A stretch of DNA of 64,000 nucleotides from Camelus ferus (taxonomy: Eukaryota). Position 1 is the stretch's first letter, and each line of letters starts with the position of its first letter. Position numbers and translations under genes: made by a program. The stretch lies in contig NC_045707.1 of assembly GCF_009834535.1 (NCBI RefSeq), forward strand, positions 46,440,001 through 46,504,000, given 5' to 3'. Positions 51,502-61,863 of this stretch are shown here, one piece after another. The notes beneath the pieces were generated by a model. The model ran no database searches. It was not told the DNA's origin and was given only the letters and a program-made list of their open reading frames with translations.

Positions 51502-52101
51502 AAAAATACAGAGCCTTGGTTAACCAGGTTAACCACCAGCCATGGCTTCTCTGGTGCTGACAGCAGTTTCCAGGGAAGCTTGAGGGGCCAGGCAATGGGG
51601 TGCTACTAGGGTGCTGCCCTGTGGGTGCTTTTTTTTTTTTTTAACATCTAGGTTTCAACTACCTTTGTCCTTGATCCATAAAAACTACATACCAGGGTTA
51701 ACTTCAGGACATTTTATTTTCAGCACTTAAGCTTCAAACTAGAGTGGTTGTAAGAAGTCAATGTCTTTCCCGAATTTTCAGGGTGTTTTAAAAATGGAAA
51801 ATAGCACTTCTGCTTTTTTGATTCTGGACTCATGGTTTTTTCTTGGTGTTAGGGGTTTTTCAGGGTGTTTTTTTGAGAAGGGAGTTTTATGTATGTGTAT
51901 CTTCAAAATAGAATTTGTGTTAGGGCTAGGTGATCTGAAATGGAGACATCATGGCTGCATGACCACCCAATCGAACAGCCTCTGGATAGATGCATGTTCC
52001 CAGACACCAAGTTCAGGTTGTGGTTTGGAAATAAAACAAGAGGCTCAGGTTTCATTTCCTCTACTTCATGACTTTCAAAATATAAACAAATCGACTGATA
52101 C

Positions 52102-52226
52102 CTGTCCTTCACTGAAAAGTTCTTCTGTTTTTCAAGGGTGTGGATGACAGTGACAAGGAAACTTTTATTACAAATTAGGGCATCCAGAGCAGTGAGACTT
52201 TCATTCTTGTCATTGGCATCTCTGTT
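52102..52226 (-). CDS. PLXNC1: Plexin C1 exon 19
   Basis: tttcag|AAC...GAC AG|gtatca, 125 nt. Encodes NRDANDKNESLTALDALICNKSFLVTVIHTLEKQKNFSVKD. Confidence 0.95.
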
Positions 52227-52233
52227 CTGAAAA

Positions 52234-52340
52234 ATATATAATATGATATGATATGATATGATATGATATGATATGATATAATATAATATAATATAATATA
52301 ATATAAATAATATAATAAATATAATATAAATAATATATAA
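52234..52340. repeat. Compound pentanucleotide microsatellite (ATATG)7(ATATA)6 with an AT-rich tail
   Basis: (ATATG)7 at 52241-52275, (ATATA)6 at 52276-52305, degenerate to ~52340. Confidence 0.93.
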
Positions 52341-52525
52341 ACTTAAAGTTAGGAAGTAAATCCACAATGGGTTTTCCAAGACAATGAATTATTTAATATC
52401 AAATTTGTGAGCCCAAAAAACCCACAATAAAAATTCAAAGTAATAATGGAGATGATGATGATGATGATGATAACACTAAGAAAGTCAGGCAGTCGTGGGC
52501 TAAAAATGAAAACTTACAGACTTAC

Positions 52526-52564
52526 ATGCATATCTTCAGTGAAGATGTGTGTGAAGCCACCTGA
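52526..52564 (-). CDS. PLXNC1: Plexin C1 exon 18 (39-nt micro-exon)
   Basis: tctcag|TCA...CAT|gtaagt. Encodes SGGFTHIFTEDMH. Phase 0/0. Confidence 0.92.
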
Positions 52565-53207
52565 CTGAGAGGAAGGAGACACTTTTATTATTCATAATAC
52601 CCAAAGGAAATGAATAGTGTATTTTTGTTATAATACCCAAGTCCTTTTTAATAAAGTAGAGACACTATTTGCTAATCTGAAGAGCCCCTGGGCTTATGCT
52701 CACTGCATGTCCTCTACATAGTAAATAATTATTCAGCTCTAAAGAAACACCAGTGAATTCTGAAAGCCTCTAAGAATAATAATTTTCATTGCATCAGTCT
52801 CATTTTTGATAGATGACAGCATCTCACACTTTAAAAGAACTGATTCAAAAGTTAAAGAAATGGTGGTTAAAGAAGATCAGGCAGATGTTCAGACCACTCC
52901 TCAAGCAATTTACCTTAATATTGAGTTGTGCTGGTAAGTTTTTGCAAGTCTTAGCTTAGGAGTATTTACTCTCTCAACGCACAATGTTATTCAAGAGGGG
53001 AGGGGGTGGGGTGGTTAAAAGCTAGAATCTGGAGCCAAACTATGGGTTCCAGTCCTGGTTTTATCACATCTTGGTCACATGACTTTGGACAAGTTACTTA
53101 ACCTCTCTGTGCCTGACTTTCCTCATCTGCAAAATGGATGCTTCCCACCCCACAGGCTGGGTGTGAAAATAAAATGAATGAGTGCACAGTAAGTTCTTCC
53201 TATCAGC

Positions 53208-53212
<5 letters not shown>

Positions 53213-53257
<45 letters not shown>

Positions 53258-53290
53258 ATATATATATATATATATATCCATATCCGTATA
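53213..53290. repeat. Interrupted (TA)n microsatellite
   Basis: Long TA run with cc interruptions. Confidence 0.95.
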
Positions 53291-55911
53291 TTTTATCACT
53301 AACCTAAGGCAAATGACCACAGTGCTGTTGCCTTGCTAGTTTTTAAAAATATTTTTAATTACTATGCTCTGTAGCTCTTAAAGATAAACTCTTGAGTTTT
53401 TTTTTTGATGTATCATAAGTAATATTGAAATTAAACAATAAAATTTTTAAAGCATGCCGAGTAACCCACTTTAAATGAGTCAAGAGGATGAAAATATAAA
53501 TTCAAACATTCAGTTAAATTTTTTTGGTAATAATTGAAACTTTAGGTTATTTTTATATCTTATTACAACAAATTTCTTCTGCAGAGAATTTTTGCTTTAT
53601 AATTTCAAATCTGTTAGCCAAAGCAGAAGACCTCAAACTCTTTTGGTCATATTTTCCTCTAGCAATAAGCAGAAAAATCAGACTCTGGTTTCTAGTTCCT
53701 AATATTTTTCTGCTGAACCAACCTTACGTCGATAGGCAATTTAAACAGATGGATTCTTGACCTTAAATAGGGAAATACCAGTCTGGCTCCCTGGCTTCAA
53801 AGGCTCCTTTCGCTTTTTATTCAAATTTCTCTCCTCTAGGTGGTTGGATGCTCTGCTTACCCTTATTTCTTATTCTTATTTTCAGCAAAACAAAGTTGTC
53901 AATATATTGAAAAGCAAGGCTTTAAAAAGCCAAAAACCAGCTGGCAGGGCAAAGAACCAAAACCTGGGAATGCCTGGGCCTCTGAGAACCTACCGTTCCC
54001 TCTGGGTTTGCCTACTGTTCTCTCATAGGTGTTGATCACCCAAGCTCTCCCTCCACCGCCCAACCAGCAAGCCTAGGGGAGGCGGCTCCTGGGTCCACTT
54101 AACGCGAGGACTCATCTTCAGCCTAGAATGCATTTCAACTGGCACTGTCCTAACAGAACATGTTCCTCTCTGTTCTATCTCTTCTTAACTATTGCAAATT
54201 CAATTTTAACTTAGGTCTTCTTGATAGGATTCTGATAAATGCATGCTTGTTTTTCTCGGGTCTTCTTCCTTCTCACTTGAGTTTCCATGGCTTTTCCAGT
54301 TGCCTTTCAAGATTCTACATACCCTGAGTTAAATCGGTTTGCCTTCTTGCAACTCTCTCTAAGATAATACAGCATTGTTCCTGGGATTTTTTTTTTTTAA
54401 ACACTAGCAACAGCGTTCCTTTACATTCCTCTATCTTGCTTTTGATTACCGAATTTAGAAGACAGGAAAATTTCTTTTTCAGGCCACAGATTACTCTCTT
54501 CAGCTCTCAAGGGCAATCATTAACTGTAAAAACCCACACAGTACTCCTGTTGATGGCAGAAGTCTCTGTTATTTTATTGCTATTAAATTCTTAATGGAGA
54601 TCTCAGATAGCTGGGAAATAGGACTTGTGATGCAACCTTTGCTGAAACCCTGCACAGTCATCCTGATTCAGGGCATTAAACTCCCCTCCCTAGGTGGTGT
54701 TCTGCCATAGAAATGGAGGAGGGGGCAAGTGGTAAGTCTTGGCATCCGGTACTCACGGAGGATAGCTTAAAAAATAAATATATAAGTGCAAAAAGCTTAA
54801 GTCTTATTTACAGCCTTCTTGATTTACAACACTAAGGCTTAGGCAAAAAAAAAAAATATATATATATATAGTGGGTGCTTTATGGAGGTATCCCAACCTC
54901 CAGATACAGCATCACATATCATGGTGTTCACTTCTAGAATTACAGAGAAAGTGGAAATTGCTTACAGCATGTGTCTGGTTTTCTGTACTCTATGCTGGCC
55001 AATTGTAGATGAGAAGCTACTGGCAAGGTGATACAAGCTCTCTTTTGGCCTGGGGAGATTTCTGGCTCTGCTTAGAAGTCTAGATTTAAATATGACAATC
55101 GGTGTTGATGTGTTCCAGAGGTTGGGCCATGCTGTGGTCACCAGTTCTGGACAAGAAAGGGCAACATGGAGGAACTGGGGAATCAGGACGTGGAGGTGAT
55201 GATAGTGAGTAGGCTATGTGAGTGGGTGAGAAAATGGAGGTGTGAGAACATAAGTGAGACTGAAAACCCAAAGGGTTAAGTAGACTACTCCTCCGAGTCC
55301 TAGAACAAATTAATTAATCATTCCATGCAGCTATTTCTACTAAATGAGGATGACACAAACTGATCAGCTAAAGAATAACTGCTGGAGAGAACCGTAAAAA
55401 CTCTACATGGCTAAAAATGGCTGTGATTAACTCAAATTCTACACACATCTACTTTCCGCCCTCTCGGCCAATAGTACTTTTCATTTCCAATTGAGAAGTA
55501 ATAGTGAATAATCTAGTAGCTGCGATGGGAGTCATGCAGATAAACACAACAAATTGGCCAGCCCACAATTTATTGATTTTTAAATAAACTAGCTAACTTC
55601 CCAGCTACAAATTCAGTTCTAAACTGGTAGTAAAATAAAGCAAAAATCATCAGTCTGAACTTCTGTCCCTCCTAGGTTTTTGTTACTGGACAAAGAGTAA
55701 TTGCCAGTGACCCATCACTCCTTTATACCCTAATCAATCCAATTAATGGTTATCCTCCTCCCTGCTCTGCTCAAATTTAAGCCATTATTTTGTACCAAGC
55801 ACATTATCTACAGCTGCCTTGGAAGCAAACACCCGTTTTTTGACAATAGCAACAAGCACCTTCATTATTATTCAAGACTCAACCTTAGGAATATGATCAA
55901 TGCTCTTTTAC

Positions 55912-56015
55912 CTCAGGGAAGAAAGTTCTCAGAGCAAAATGTTTGTAGTCAAGGAAGGGAACAGTTCCAAAACTATCAACCACATCCAATTTATCCATCT
56001 GCAGCTCAGCAAAGC
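55912..56015 (-). CDS. PLXNC1: Plexin C1 exon 17
   Basis: ttgcag|GC TTT...GAG|gtaaaa, 104 nt. Encodes (G)FAELQMDKLDVVDSFGTVPFLDYKHFALRTFFPE, with plexin motifs FAELQ and PFLDY. Confidence 0.95.
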
Positions 56016-56343
56016 CTGCAAAACAGAATCCCAAGAGCAGTATTTTAACTCAACAAACAATGGATAAGATCTTCTGCTGTTTTGTCTAACACGGAGTATG
56101 ACCTTGGTTTTCATTAAAGAAGAAACAATAGATAATTACTTGGTTGGCTGCAGAGAAGAGCTGAAATAAAACACAAAGCCAGGCCTAGACCCTGTTGTTC
56201 AGTTGTCTTCTGTTACACAAACAGTTCTCATTACTGTGGCCAGTTTAAGAGTTAAAAAAAAAAAAAAAAAAGAAGAAGAGGAAGAGAGAGAGAGAGAGAC
56301 AATAAAAGACTTGTTTTTCTACAAACAAAATTTTGGAGCCTAC

Positions 56344-56445
56344 CATCACGTATTTCTTTCCGGAGCTCGCTCTCAAGGAGCTCCAGCTGTTGACTCTGTT
56401 TGCGACTCAGTTCCTTCGATTTGTGCCTGGTCACCCCCACGGCCA
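56344..56445 (-). CDS. PLXNC1: Plexin C1 exon 16 (end of TM helix and juxtamembrane coiled coil)
   Basis: cctcag|TG GCC...GAT G|gtaggc, 102 nt. Encodes (V)AVGVTRHKSKELSRKQSQQLELLESELRKEIRD. Confidence 0.95.
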
Positions 56446-58114
56446 CTGAGGAGACAGAGATCCAGCATGAGTCTGACATGGTAACTTAAAACACAAAAAG
56501 GAAAACAGAACCAACCTTTGCAGCTCTTTTACGGAGAGGGAAGGAGACAAGAGAGGGAAAGGGAAAGGGGGGGGAGGGAGAGACAGACAGACAGACAGAC
56601 TAGTGATTTAAGAGGTGGAATTTATAAGAAGAAAAATTCCCAGTGAAGGGTCATTCTAAAATGGAAGATGCTCAAATGCAACAGAAAAACAAACAAACAA
56701 ACTAATCTTAAAAAGTAAAAACTAAATCAAATAACCTTCACTTGTAAACAAAGATCCCAGTTGGCTGAAAAGTAATGAAATAAGCCAAGCTTCTCTGCAG
56801 CCAAAGGCCGCTTATATCGTTCCGTCCTTTTTTTTAATGTTTCTAAACATCCCTGGAGAAATAAAGTTGAGCCGCAAATGCAGGAAAAAAGCCTACAGAT
56901 CCACACTGAACTACATAAGCCAAACTTGCATAGATCAAATAGGGTGACAGGATGAGTGGTCCACAGTGAACCCCCATATCTGGCTATTGCTTCTTTCTCC
57001 ATTTCATTTTGTTTCTATCTGTGCTGTAGAGGCAGTAAACTGAACAGTTTCAGCTCTGGGGCTCATGTCCCTGCTCTGCCATTTACTAGCTGTGTGACCT
57101 CAGGTAAATTCCTTAGCCTCTCTGTGCCTAGCTGCCTTATCTATCAAAGTGTGCACCAGCTCACTGTATGCAAAGAGAGTTAGCAGGCCACATCATAAAG
57201 CAGTGAGTTTTTCCTGGCTGAAATCTCCAGGGGAACCCACAGTGGGGGTGTTTTGTGGGTGGCAGGCCTAGAGCCAGGTGCGTTTGGTGTTTTCCCTAAC
57301 GATGTGATTGACGGACTAAAGAGCACACTTACTCAAGCTGCTGATGACACATACCTCCCTGGAATCACGGTAAGAAGCAGGTGAGAATTTTAAAGGGCTT
57401 TCCAGATACCCATGAAACTGAAATTGAGCCCATTTCACATTAAAGAGCATAAACCACCTCTACAAAGTGAAGGGAGAGGAGAGTCACAGAAAGCCCAGGA
57501 AGAGAGCAGAGGTTTCCAGTAAGTCACAAAGAGGATGTGACTCCAGGATGAGACTGTTATATGCAGAGCTGTCTGACAGCAGCAGATTCTCAAAACAAGC
57601 CCAGCACTTAGAATTTATAAGTAATCTTCTTATTTGAAGCCAGCATCAGCCTGGACTTTATTAAAATATCAGGCCCAAGTCTGGATTCCAAATATATAAC
57701 AGTGGTGGATAACTTGGGGAGAGCATAAAAAATACCTGAAATGATCAATGAGGCAAAACAGGGTCTCTGCAAAATTAGTTCATTCCATTAGGCCAGTTAA
57801 CCATATACGTAAATCTTTCCCTCACTGGGCTGGGAATGACCCAAGAGAAAGGACCAGAACAGAATTTATCTTCCCTAGTTCTCTGTACAGTTACCAGCAA
57901 CATAACGGGTGCTCAATAAACATAAGGTAAATGGATGCAGGGATGGATGAATGAATGAGTATATAGGAGACACTAGCAACTATTAACAGAACATGTTAGA
58001 AAGGCAATACCTGTGTTAAGGCAAGGAATATGCAGTACTATATAGCTAAGTCCTTTTTTTTTTTTTTTTTTAAAGGGCAACAAGAGGAAACAGACTTAAA
58101 ATGAAAAGCAGCTC

Positions 58115-58450
58115 AGAAACAGAGGCCAAAACTGAGTGGCAACAGGGACCAGGTACACAGATGAGTTAAGTTGCCTGGGTAGAGACAGTAGGGAGTGGTG
58201 GAGACTATGGCAAAAAACCAGTGAACATATCCCCTCTCTCAAGGGGTAGCTGCTACTCAGCTCCAGCAAAGTGATGTTATGGAGAAGCTGGGCCAATGAT
58301 CCAGATCTTTCCAATTTTAAAGAGATTTTTAAAAATACAACTCACCTAATTTTAAAATGTTGTCAACCACTTCAAAGTTTTAAAATGCTACATGGGCCAA
58401 AAAAAAATGCATCGATGGGCCAGATTCATCCAATGAGCAACCATCATGGG
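58115..58450 (-). mobile_element. hAT DNA transposon remnant (MER102-like), inverted
   Basis: agtagggagtggtggagactatggc...ggggtagctgctactcagctccagc...ccagatctttccaatttt. Reverse-complement similarity to 32600-32900. Confidence 0.6.
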
Positions 58451-58926
58451 ATCACCGTGCTTGGATGAAACTTCCAACATTTTAATACATGGTACGGATC
58501 ACACTTCCAAAATATAGTTCTGCCAGGAAAAGCAGGGCTGCAGTGCGGGTGAGAGGAAGTTTGGTGGACTGAGAAGACAGGATGAAATAACTAAACCCTG
58601 GGAGTCCAAAATTCTGGAAGAATTTTGAGGACATAATGTAAAGGGGACATTTGTCATCACAATTCACAGGATCTGGGAAGCAAAGTGGATTCTCTCCAAC
58701 ACCAAGATACTGTCTTTGTAATCCAGCCTTTTATTCATGAAGCATCCTAAAAAATGTTTAGAAAGCCCTCAACGTGTACCTATTAATCCTTTCCCAAAGT
58801 TTTGATTTGAGTTTTCATCCATGGATACTTAATTGAAGCAAACAGCCCCTGAAAGTGGAAAGTCTTTCTGCCTGCTGAGAGGCCCCAGGGAATAATTTCT
58901 CTGGCAAAATTAAACAGGGCACTTAC

Positions 58927-59029
58927 CAAAAATGACAATCACTAGCAAGATGGGAAGTCCAATCAGAAAATACCAAGTGGAGAGAACTGACTCCCGCTCC
59001 ACGAAGAGCTCCAAGTTTCCAAGTTTGAC
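58927..59029 (-). CDS. PLXNC1: Plexin C1 exon 15 (transmembrane helix)
   Basis: cgttag|GTC...TTT G|gtaagt, 103 nt. Encodes VKLGNLELFVERESVLSTWYFLIGLPILLVIVIF. Confidence 0.94.
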
Positions 59030-59879
59030 CTAACGGGACAAAGAGCAACATTAGACCCAGTCGAGGTGGGGCCCATATCTAGGTACACAGTTTTTTCCCC
59101 CAAATGTTGTCTCCAAGATACAAAATGAGGTGGCAAGCTAGGTAGAACACCTGAGTTCAAGTTCCATCCCTGGGCAGATGAGCTCTGTGACCCTGAGCCA
59201 GTCGAGAACACTCCCCATGCCTCGGTTTCAGATTTCACTCCAGTCAGTTGAGCTGTGAGGGACCAGACCTACAGATTTTACACTGTGGTCCTCTTTGCCC
59301 TGGGAGTTTTAAATGCAGGAATGAGGGTAATAAAGAGGGTAACCTGTGGGTGAGAAACCCTCTTACCCCTTGACTAAGGAAATAATCCAACTTTTTTTTT
59401 TTTTTTAAATCTCTTCTACATCTTGTGTTTCCCTTGACAGGCCTACTTTGAAGGATGCAGCCTGTGGTAAAAGCCAGTCTGGCAATGCTGCCTGCATGAT
59501 CCCCGAGGGCCTTTTCCAATTTTAGTTTTTGGTTATAAAAATTTTGTTAAAACTTGTAAATGGAAGAACTCTCTATCAAGTCTTATTTAGCACTGATGTA
59601 CAAAGAAGTATTGAGACACATTTCCATCCTGGGAGCCATGGCTGCTCCTGTGGAGGCATCTGGGCCAAGTGGCAGGAGCACAGACTCTGGACTCCGACAG
59701 CCCAGGTTCTAAATTCCAGTCTTGCCACCTGCTGTCCCCTGAGTTAGTCACCTAGCCATCCAGTCCCCACTTTCCTCATCTCTAAAATGGGATGGAGATT
59801 GTGCCTCTTTGGAGGGTTGTCGTGATGTCGAGACATGCTGGCATTTAAGTCAGCAGGCTCGGGGTACTGCTGCTTAAAA

Positions 59880-60430
59880 TTCACCTGTGGCTTCCCAGAG
59901 CTGAGAGCCAGATCCTCACAATGGCCCACAAGGTCCTAATGATCTCCCAGATCTCCTTGCTGCCCCCATCAACTCTCTAACCTTCTCGGGATATTCTCCC
60001 CTTGCTCTCACCTCTCCAGCCACACTGGCCTCCTTGTTGCCCTTTATATGCACCCAGCAGGCTCCTAACTCAGGAACTCCGCATTCGGGGTTCCCTGTGC
60101 CTGGAACACTCTATCCCAGACAGCCCCCAGCTCCTTCCCCCTCTCACCTGACGTCCTGACTCAGATGTCATCTTTCTTGGGAGCCCTTTCCTGCCCACCA
60201 TCATAAACCTTGCGGCACTGCCCCCCCCCCAACACCTATTCCCTTCCCTGTCTCACTTTTCTTCATAATAATTACCACCATGTAACACATTCTCAATTTA
60301 CGTCCTATACCATATGAGATGCCTCTTTAGGTAAGCTCTACAAAGGCAGGTTTTTGGGGGGTCAGTTTTCTTCTCTTCTCTGTCCCTGTCACAGCACAGG
60401 CACTCAGGAACTATTCATGAATAATGAAAG
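59880..60430. mobile_element. L2 LINE 3' fragment
   Basis: ctccagccacactggcctccttg...tccctgtgcctggaacactct...ctcagatgtcatc...gtaagctctacaaaggcagg. Confidence 0.7.
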
Positions 60431-60812
60431 GTGCTGGCGTTTGCTCTCCTCAACTAACTTGACATGTGGGAGCACCTGTGAGTTTAGTTGTTATTATTCA
60501 CTTTATACTTATTATTAACTTCTTTACCATACAACAGACACACAAACGGAGGCTCAGCCAAAGCCAAGTGACTTATCTAAGGCCACACAGCTATCAACTG
60601 GCGCAGCTAGGACATGAACACATTTTTGTTTTGACTTCCAGTCTGATGTTTTTTCTTGTCCTTTATCCAATTATTTATGACAACAGATTATAAAGCATTT
60701 GGGGGGGATACAGACTGTGCAGGGCCTCATATGGCATGAACACTATAAAGGGAGATTTCTAAAATGTTTCGCTTCCCCATGGACTCACATCTTTATTGTG
60801 GGACATAAATAT

Positions 60813-60878
60813 ACCAGTGAGGGACCCTCAAACATGTCTGGGAAAACCAGTGAGGGACCCTCAAACATGTCTGGGAAA
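60813..60878. repeat. Perfect 33-bp tandem duplication
   Basis: accagtgagggaccctcaaacatgtctgggaaa at 60813-60845 and again at 60846-60878. Confidence 0.97.
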
Positions 60879-61352
60879 AGATTAAATGCAGTGAGTATGA
60901 CTTTGTGGTGGAGGAAACAGCCCATGACCCGTAGATTATCTGGTCTCCACTGGACTCTACTGCCACTTTCAGTGTTCTGGAGAGGCCCCCTAGTCTGGGT
61001 TTCTGCTAAGACATGTCACCTCTGCATTTGGAAAAAGAATGACAGCTTATTTGTTAATGGGTCTAGAGATTCTGCTTGCAGATGCTACAGTCTAAATGTA
61101 TGGCTAGGACAAAAGCTATCAAGACTCATTAGTATTATAAACAATGGCATGCTCAATGCTTTGACATTCGAACAGACACGTGGATGGATTCCACAAGCTA
61201 TTTTGGAGGAATAATGCTGAGGCCTGTAATAGCAGCTTTGTTTATCTTCACTTAAAGTGAAGATCTCAAGTCCATACAAGATTCTATCCTGGCTTCCAGT
61301 TTAGCCAAGGAAATAAGGTAAAACCAACAGGTAGGACTCTCAGGTGACTTAC

Positions 61353-61539
61353 GAGAACTTTCTTGGACGAGGCAGCAATGCTGTTTGCGGCAGGTGATGC
61401 CATTAATTTTGCAGAAGATGGTGGTGAGATCTTGATTTCTAGTTATATTTTCAAAAGTGCAATTTAATTTCTCCCCTTTTCCATAGAAGAGAGTAATTTC
61501 AATGTCTTCCCTAGAAATGTTGAAGTTATCATTTTCTTT
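61353..61539 (-). CDS. PLXNC1: Plexin C1 exon 14 (membrane-proximal ectodomain), with an apparent +1 frameshift
   Basis: tcacag|AAA...CTC|gtaagt, 187 nt (3n+1) between two phase-0 junctions. KENDNFNISREDIEITLFYGKGEKLNCTFENITRNQDLTTIFCKINGI is in one frame and AANSIAASSKKVL is in the next. Confidence 0.88.
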
Positions 61540-61662
61540 CTGTGAAGAACAAGGAGCAGATGAAGAAATCAGGGCGCTCGTAGAAACCCACAAACATAAG
61601 CACACCTCTCCGGTTGAGGGGAGCATGTCCCCACCCCCACCTCTGAAATGAGAGAGACATAC

Positions 61663-61863
61663 TTGAATTTTTACTTCCAATTCTGTGTCCACCTCAGGTT
61701 CAGCCCGATACCCCGTAAATCGGGGGTCGTCAAGGTACTGCAAGCTCCCACAATCCAAGTAGGTCTCCTGGACTCTGAGCTTCACAGTGACATTTGTACG
61801 CCCTTTTGAACTCAAAGTGGGGGCTGAAAACCTGCAGTGAGTTGCCTTACAGTATTCAGAGAC
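61663..61863 (-). CDS. PLXNC1: Plexin C1 exon 13 (IPT/TIG region)
   Basis: cctcag|GTC...CAA|gtatgt, 201 nt. Encodes VSEYCKATHCRFSAPTLSSKGRTNVTVKLRVQETYLDCGSLQYLDDPRFTGYRAEPEVDTELEVKIQ. Confidence 0.94.

Noticed and set aside
51903..52379. 158-aa ORF with a hydrophobic Y/I-rich N-terminus that looks like a membrane protein
   Set aside because: The hydrophobic part is the translated AT microsatellite, and the remainder is PLXNC1 exon 19 plus intron.
60813..60878. 33-bp palindromic direct repeats resembling a CRISPR repeat
   Set aside because: Only two copies, no spacer, no cas genes, and it lies in a mammalian intron.
10071..61863. PLXNC1 as an established pseudogene
   Set aside because: Only one lesion was found. 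The other 18 exons have intact frames, canonical GT-AG sites and conserved GAP motifs, which does not fit long-term decay.
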